64,000 bases of DNA, taken from Candidatus Collierbacteria bacterium GW2011_GWB2_45_17 (GTDB lineage Bacteria; Patescibacteriota; Microgenomatia; UBA1400; MFAQ01). Both the position numbers and the translations under genes were made by a program. A model generated the notes under the pieces. The model did not search any database. It was not told the origin of the DNA and worked only from the letters and a program-made list of their open reading frames with translations. Where the stretch lies: positions 47,567 through 111,566 of the forward strand of contig LCKO01000002.1 of assembly GCA_001001485.1 (NCBI GenBank), read 5' to 3'. Shown here one piece after another: positions 58,838 through 64,000 of this stretch (position 1 is the stretch's first letter; each line of letters opens with the position of its first letter).

Positions 58838-59146
58838 TTATTGTATTGGTGCGTCTGATGGTACCGCCGACGGCGTGGCCTGCCCGCCTAACTGTTCCAC
58901 TGTTGGCGTGGGGATCAAAACCGATCCAAGTTCCGCCTCGGTAATAACATCTCTTTTTACTAAATTATCCACCACCGTTTGAACAATAGTTCCATCTATC
59001 GGCTTTACCGCTTCTTTCTGAGCTGCTGTCAGTTGACTTTTGACAGAGGCAGAAAAAATCTGGAACGCCAAAACTCCTCCCACAATAGATAGTCCCATCA
59101 CTCCTATTAATAATACATAAATCGACAGTGTCTTTCTAGGTTTCAT
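58838..59146 (-). CDS. Single-TM hypothetical protein in pil cluster
   Basis: Coupled to pilO; N-terminal TM. Confidence 0.7.
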   Translation of the reverse strand: MKPRKTLSIYVLLIGVMGLSIVGGVLAFQIFSASVKSQLTAAQKEAVKPIDGTIVQTVVDNLVKRDVITEAELGSVLIPTPTVEQLGGQATPSAVPSDAPIQ

Positions 59147-59798
59147 TTTCTAAGTAGAAATAAAAGGATACTTGTCCGGTCGCTTTGATACTCGATGTCT
59201 TACCTGCCTGACCCGTTTCTGTCGTCATCACAATACTTTCCAGCAAGGTTGCTCTGTCCAGGTTTTCTAAATTCCCCAGAAACTCTCTTACCTTTTTTGG
59301 ATCTCCTGACACCGCAAATGACACGCTGGATCTAACAATGTTCGAAGCGCTCTTGGTCAGGAGCTTTGAAGCCCACCCCCCATTACCCTTTCCGGTTCCA
59401 AACAGCCTTATACCGGGCATACTAATGGTTTGTATAGTTAGTCCACTTTTTCTGGCCAACACTTCGATTCTCCCGGCCATTCCTTGATATGAAAATTTAT
59501 CCGGCACCGCTTCGTCAAAAAGTTTCAGTTTGTCTTGAAAGACACTGAGCTGGTTTTGTGAGTCAAAAACTTGGGCAATCTTCAAGTCCGCCTTTTTATT
59601 AAATGAGTTGAGATCCTCAATTCTTTTTTGCAGCGCGGCTATATTGGTTACTGTCGGTCTGATAGCGAAAAATATCAATCCGGTCACCATAAATACTGAA
59701 AGAACTATCTCCAGCGAAGCTTTTACCTCTGGTCTTTGGTAAATTAAACTAATTTGTTGATAGTAGAGCGAGTACTTTTCGTTGTTAATTAAGGCCAT
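59136..59798 (-). CDS. pilO: Type IV pilus assembly protein PilO-like
   Basis: TM-IRPT, coiled coil, AVP, FL..LENL.R; follows the pilN-like gene. Confidence 0.7.
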   Translation of the reverse strand: MALINNEKYSLYYQQISLIYQRPEVKASLEIVLSVFMVTGLIFFAIRPTVTNIAALQKRIEDLNSFNKKADLKIAQVFDSQNQLSVFQDKLKLFDEAVPDKFSYQGMAGRIEVLARKSGLTIQTISMPGIRLFGTGKGNGGWASKLLTKSASNIVRSSVSFAVSGDPKKVREFLGNLENLDRATLLESIVMTTETGQAGKTSSIKATGQVSFYFYLENET

Positions 59799-60343
59799 TA
59801 TTTAAAAGTTGCCTGAATATTAAATTTTACCGCCCCCGAAGTTTGGTCGAAATTGGTGTCTTTCATTGAAAGATTGGCAATCCCCTCCATTTTCTTCAAA
59901 CTTCTCAGTAGCTGGGCAAATCCCAGCTCCGACACCGATTCACCGGCCATTCCGACACCGCTATCGTCGATAGTCAGCTTCTCTAGGTGAACTCCGGAAG
60001 GAATCAGCTTGGAAAGGCTATCGTATCGTCCACCAAAAGAAATGTTCTCCGCCAAGTAGTTGCTTATGGGGGCTTGCTTGGCCAAAATCTTCCTCATTTG
60101 TTTTTCCGTTTCGGCAAATGACTCAATCTGAACCTGTTTCTGGTCCACCTCTTCTGACAAGTCATTGATTTTTTTATCAAAGTAAAATCTTGATCCGAAA
60201 GCGAGTAACACCACAAACTCGGTCAGAACCACCAAAACTCTTCCGGTCGTCGTCGCCCACGACAAAAACTTTCCCAAACCGGAAAACTCAAAACTATCTT
60301 TCGGTATTAAATTGATCTGAAAAACACCTTGCTGAGTAGCCAC
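59798..60343 (-). CDS. pilN: Type IV pilus assembly protein PilN-like
   Basis: INLIP start motif, TM, coiled coil, L..LIPSGVHL. Confidence 0.75.
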   Translation of the reverse strand: MATQQGVFQINLIPKDSFEFSGLGKFLSWATTTGRVLVVLTEFVVLLAFGSRFYFDKKINDLSEEVDQKQVQIESFAETEKQMRKILAKQAPISNYLAENISFGGRYDSLSKLIPSGVHLEKLTIDDSGVGMAGESVSELGFAQLLRSLKKMEGIANLSMKDTNFDQTSGAVKFNIQATFK

Positions 60344-60386
60344 ACTTTCAGTTTATCAAATGGATCTCTCAAACACAAAGAAACCT

Positions 60387-60620
60387 TTACTTAACCTTCT
60401 TCGACAACCGCGCCTTGATCCTATCTGCCTTGCCCTTTTTGATAACACCTTTTTTTGCCGCTCGGTCTACCGCGGAAAAAGCCTTACCGAGAGACTCCAG
60501 TGTCAGCAAACCTTTAAAGGTCTCGATCGCCGACTTCGCTTTGGTTCTGGTGGCTTTATTAAAAATAGCCTTCTTCTTGTCGGCTCTGAATTTTTTGATG
60601 GCTGATTTAGTTATAGGCAT
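60387..60620 (-). CDS. rpsT: 30S ribosomal protein S20
   Basis: MPITKSAIK, DRAAKKGVI, KADRIKARL. Confidence 0.95.
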   Translation of the reverse strand: MPITKSAIKKFRADKKKAIFNKATRTKAKSAIETFKGLLTLESLGKAFSAVDRAAKKGVIKKGKADRIKARLSKKVK

Positions 60621-60684
60621 GGCCTTATTTTAACACGCCCATTCGCCTCTGGCACAAGTGTGTCTCTTGAATTAAAATTGATAG

Positions 60685-62334
60685 GTGGTAAACAGGATTA
60701 TTTCCAGCTCTCAAGAGTTTTTCAATCGTAAAAGCAGTAGCATTCTTTCTGCCGCGGCTATCATCGGTATTTCTTATCTCGGTTCAGCTATTTTGGGGCT
60801 CATCCGCAATCACCTTTTGGCCGCCCGTTTTTTTGGCGGCCTGGAAGCCGACCTTGACGTTTATTTTGCCGCCTTTGTCATCCCCGACACGGTTTTCCAG
60901 CTTCTTGTCGTCGGCGCCGTTTCCGCCGCTTTTATTCCCGTTTATCAAGAATATTTTGAAAAATCCGCCGAAGAAGCTCATGACTTGGCCAACGCCGCCC
61001 TGACTTCAGTTGGTTTCTTCTTAGTTATCCTTTCCATCGTCATTGCTATTTTTGCTCGGCCATTAGCCGGCCTTTTGGCTCATTTTCCTCCCGAAAAACT
61101 CGACTTAATGGCAAATCTCATCAGATTTATGTCGGTAGCTCAGATTCTTTTTGCCGTCTCCGCTTTCCTTACCGGAGTGCTCCAGTCCCAGCGACGTTTT
61201 TTAATCCCCGCCCTGGCTCCTCTTTTCTACAATCTGGGCACCATTTCCGGTATTTTCTTCCTTTCGTCTCGTTTTGGAATTTACTCGGCCGCCATAGGCG
61301 TTGTTCTGGGGGCTCTGCTTCATATGGCCATCCAGTTACCTACTGCCCGCTCCGTCGGTTTTTGGCCAAAAATTAATTGGCAACCAAAACACCCCGGAGT
61401 TCTGTCCATGATTCATCTGATGCCTCCCAGAGCTTTGGCCCTTGGCTTAGACCAAATAGAGCGTTGGGTGGCGGTCAATCTTAGTTCTCTCATGGCCGCC
61501 GGATCTCTTTCGATCTTCAATTTTGCCCGCCAACTTTACGTCCTCCCAATTTTGCTTTTTGGAGTTTCTCTAAGCCAAGCCTCTTTTCCTTCTCTAGCGA
61601 AAGAAGCCCTGATCGAAGACAAAACTCGGTTCAAGTCCACTTTATCAAAGTCTATTTTACAAATTTTCTTTTTTGCTCTCCCTGCCAGTGTCATCATTCT
61701 AGTTCTTCGCATACCCCTCGTCCGTCTGGCTTTTGGAGCCAAAAACTTTCCCTGGGAAGCCACTCTACTCACCGGTAAAGCTCTGGCCTTCTTTAGTTTG
61801 TCTATTGCTCCACAAGCAGTCACCAACACTCTTACCCGCGCCCTTCACGCCTTGAAAGATACCAAGACACCTTTGATCATAGGCTTTATTACCATGGTTG
61901 TTTTTGTTAGCTTGGCTTATTTTCTTGGTCTGATCACCGAAAAAAATGTGGCCGGTATTACCCTGGCTTTGACCCTAGGTAATTTACTCGACTTTGTTCT
62001 CTCTTACTGGGCCGTCCGCCGGAAAGTCGGCTCTCTGGGCATCTCCGTCAGAATGATAAAAATGTTTATTGTCAGCCTTCTTACCGGCGTTTCTCTCTGG
62101 CTCCCTCTACGCCTTCTTGATCAACTAATCTTCGACACCACCAGAACCGTTCCACTTATCATCCTTACCTTAATAGTCGGCTCTGTAGGTTTCAGTGTTT
62201 ATCTCTTTTTCTGTTGGCTGTTTGAAATTGAAGAACTACAGGATGTCGTTAATATCGTGAAAAAGGTTGGTAACTGGCGTAAAATACTGGCGAGTAGTGA
62301 CGAAGTCCTTGAGACCACTCCCACTAGTAACTAA
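60685..62334 (+). CDS. murJ: Lipid II flippase MurJ/MviN
   Basis: LGLIR..LLA, YFAAFVIPD, SAAFIPVY, PALAPLFYN, DTKTP. Confidence 0.93.
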   Translation: MVNRIISSSQEFFNRKSSSILSAAAIIGISYLGSAILGLIRNHLLAARFFGGLEADLDVYFAAFVIPDTVFQLLVVGAVSAAFIPVYQEYFEKSAEEAHDLANAALTSVGFFLVILSIVIAIFARPLAGLLAHFPPEKLDLMANLIRFMSVAQILFAVSAFLTGVLQSQRRFLIPALAPLFYNLGTISGIFFLSSRFGIYSAAIGVVLGALLHMAIQLPTARSVGFWPKINWQPKHPGVLSMIHLMPPRALALGLDQIERWVAVNLSSLMAAGSLSIFNFARQLYVLPILLFGVSLSQASFPSLAKEALIEDKTRFKSTLSKSILQIFFFALPASVIILVLRIPLVRLAFGAKNFPWEATLLTGKALAFFSLSIAPQAVTNTLTRALHALKDTKTPLIIGFITMVVFVSLAYFLGLITEKNVAGITLALTLGNLLDFVLSYWAVRRKVGSLGISVRMIKMFIVSLLTGVSLWLPLRLLDQLIFDTTRTVPLIILTLIVGSVGFSVYLFFCWLFEIEELQDVVNIVKKVGNWRKILASSDEVLETTPTSN

Positions 62335-62336
62335 GT

Positions 62337-64000
62337 ATGTCCAACTCAACTCGAAACTTCTCTATTATTGCTCATATTGATGCCGGCAAATCTACTTTGG
62401 CAGATCGTATGTTGGAAATCACCGGTACTGTTCAGGCGGACAAAATAACCCCCCAACTTCTGGATAGCAACCCTATCGAGCGCGAACGGGGAATCACCAT
62501 CAAACTAGCCCCAGTAGCCATGAGCCACAAGGGTTATACTCTCAATCTCATTGATACTCCAGGCCATGTAGATTTTAATTATGAAGTTGAGCGTGCTCTC
62601 CAGGCCTGCGAAGGCGCCCTACTACTAGTAGATGCCACCAAAGGGGTTCAGGCTCAAACTGTCGCCAATCTCCGTCTAGCCAAGAATCTTGGCCTTACCA
62701 TTATTCCGGTCGTCAACAAAATCGACGCCCCCCTAGCCAACACCTCTGCCGCTATTCGTCAGTTAAAACAACTTTTAAATATCGATATCGAACCATTTCT
62801 GGTTTCCGCCAAAACCGGAGAGGGAGTCAAAAATCTATTAGACCACATCATCTCCGACCTCCCTAGTCCGTCATTGCGAGGAGGTACACCGACGTGGCAA
62901 TCTCACTCCACCCACCCCTTCCAGGCCCTCGTCTTCAACTCCACCTTCGATATCCATCTGGGAGTCATTGCCTTTGTCAAAATCGTTTCCGGAGACCTTC
63001 ATCATGGCGATAAACTGGAGTTTCTAAACTCCGGCCAGTCGCTGACTGCTTCCGAAATTGGCATTTTTTCGCCCGGAAGAACCGAAAAAAAGATCATTGC
63101 CTCCGGTAATGTCGGCTATATCATCACCGGCTTGAAAGATATTCGCCGAGTTTTGGTCGGGGACACCCTCTGTCTTTCCACCCAGATAAAACAGGTCAGC
63201 CCCATACCCGGCTTCCGAAAAATTCACCCCAACGTTTTTTTGGATCTCTACCCGGCCGAGGGTTCACAGTACCGGGATCTGGTCGATGCTTTGGAAAAAT
63301 TAAAACTTAATGATTCTTCCCTCACCACTCAAGGCATCAACTCTCCCATTCTCGGCCAAGGTGTCAAGGTGGGTTTCCTGGGGATGCTTCACGCCGAGGT
63401 GGTGGGTGAGCGACTGGAAAGAGAGTTTGGTCTGCCGGTCATCTCCGTTTCTCCTTCGGTAGAGTACAAAGTTCAGCTCCGTTCCGGTGAAGAAAAATGT
63501 TTTAGTTCTCCGACCGACTTTCCAGATCCGGCTGTAATTACCAAGAGTTACGAACCCATGGCCGCGGTCAACATCGTGGTGACCTCACCCTACGTCGGTG
63601 CCGTCATGGAACTCTGTCAGGATCTGCGAGGCAGTCTGGTCAACGTTTCCTACCTTGATGAGTTAGTCGAGATCGATTATTTCCTACCCCTAATCGAAGT
63701 TATCACCACTCTTCATGACAGCCTCAAAAGTGTTTCTCAAGGCTTTGCTTCCATGGACTACGAACTTTCCGGTTGGCAGGAGGCCGAATTAGTTAAACTT
63801 GATGTCCTCCTCAATCACGAACTCTTCACCCCCATGAGTGTTATAACGGTGAAAGAAAAAGCTTACTACAAAGGCAAAAGAATTTCCGAAAAACTTAAAG
63901 AAGCTATTCCTCGTCAGCAGTTTGAGATCCCTATTCAGGTGGCTATTGGTGGCCAGATCATCGCTCGAGAAACTATCAAGGCTTACCGTAAAGATGTCGA
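62337..64000 (+). CDS. lepA: Elongation factor 4 (LepA), truncated by window end
   Basis: RNFSIIAHIDAGKSTLADR, ERERGITIK, LIDTPGH, LNDSSL, GFLGMLH, IPRQQF; absent from the ORF track because there is no stop in the window. Confidence 0.97.
   Translation, partial: MSNSTRNFSIIAHIDAGKSTLADRMLEITGTVQADKITPQLLDSNPIERERGITIKLAPVAMSHKGYTLNLIDTPGHVDFNYEVERALQACEGALLLVDATKGVQAQTVANLRLAKNLGLTIIPVVNKIDAPLANTSAAIRQLKQLLNIDIEPFLVSAKTGEGVKNLLDHIISDLPSPSLRGGTPTWQSHSTHPFQALVFNSTFDIHLGVIAFVKIVSGDLHHGDKLEFLNSGQSLTASEIGIFSPGRTEKKIIASGNVGYIITGLKDIRRVLVGDTLCLSTQIKQVSPIPGFRKIHPNVFLDLYPAEGSQYRDLVDALEKLKLNDSSLTTQGINSPILGQGVKVGFLGMLHAEVVGERLEREFGLPVISVSPSVEYKVQLRSGEEKCFSSPTDFPDPAVITKSYEPMAAVNIVVTSPYVGAVMELCQDLRGSLVNVSYLDELVEIDYFLPLIEVITTLHDSLKSVSQGFASMDYELSGWQEAELVKLDVLLNHELFTPMSVITVKEKAYYKGKRISEKLKEAIPRQQFEIPIQVAIGGQIIARETIKAYRKDV
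62869..62912 (+). repeat. CGTC-tagged palindrome in frame in lepA
   Basis: Encodes SLRGGTPTWQSHST at the G-domain/domain II linker; 42/44 identical to 27348-27391. Confidence 0.9.

Overview
This is a gene-dense, small-genome bacterial chromosome segment using standard genetic code 11. Gene content and style point to a Candidate Phyla Radiation (Patescibacteria, probably Microgenomates-like) organism; that assignment is inference. Housekeeping genes include tsaD, yidC, groES/groEL with a CIRCE operator, pgk, gap, tpiA, tRNA-Cys, tatD, metG, rmuC, thyX, ung, pcrA, rpsT, murJ and a partial lepA. Cell-envelope genes include VanW, M23, WecA-like, UbiA-like, GT2, two Fem-type proteins, LCP, DUF2298, PilN/PilO and Cys-rich surface proteins. 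A defence-like block at ~28.8-36.4 kb holds an HTH-nuclease, a C5 methyltransferase, an intein-containing UvrD-nuclease and a Schlafen/AlbA_2 protein. Signals not explained by the ORF track: (1) CGTC/TGTC- and GTAG-tagged palindromes and an 8-mer microsatellite inserted in frame in conserved genes (lepA, tatD, pcrA, tsaD and others); (2) an unannotated leader peptide with 1:2/2:3/3:4 attenuator architecture upstream of a GNAT gene; (3) a ~130-nt structured RNA candidate between pcrA and tpiA; (4) an intein whose insert looks GIY-YIG-like, in a gene with a poly-G-spaced promoter; (5) a shared post-membrane APTAPES motif in three surface proteins; (6) pervasive leaderless gene starts. All family assignments come from motif recognition by eye; no database searches or folding calculations were run.
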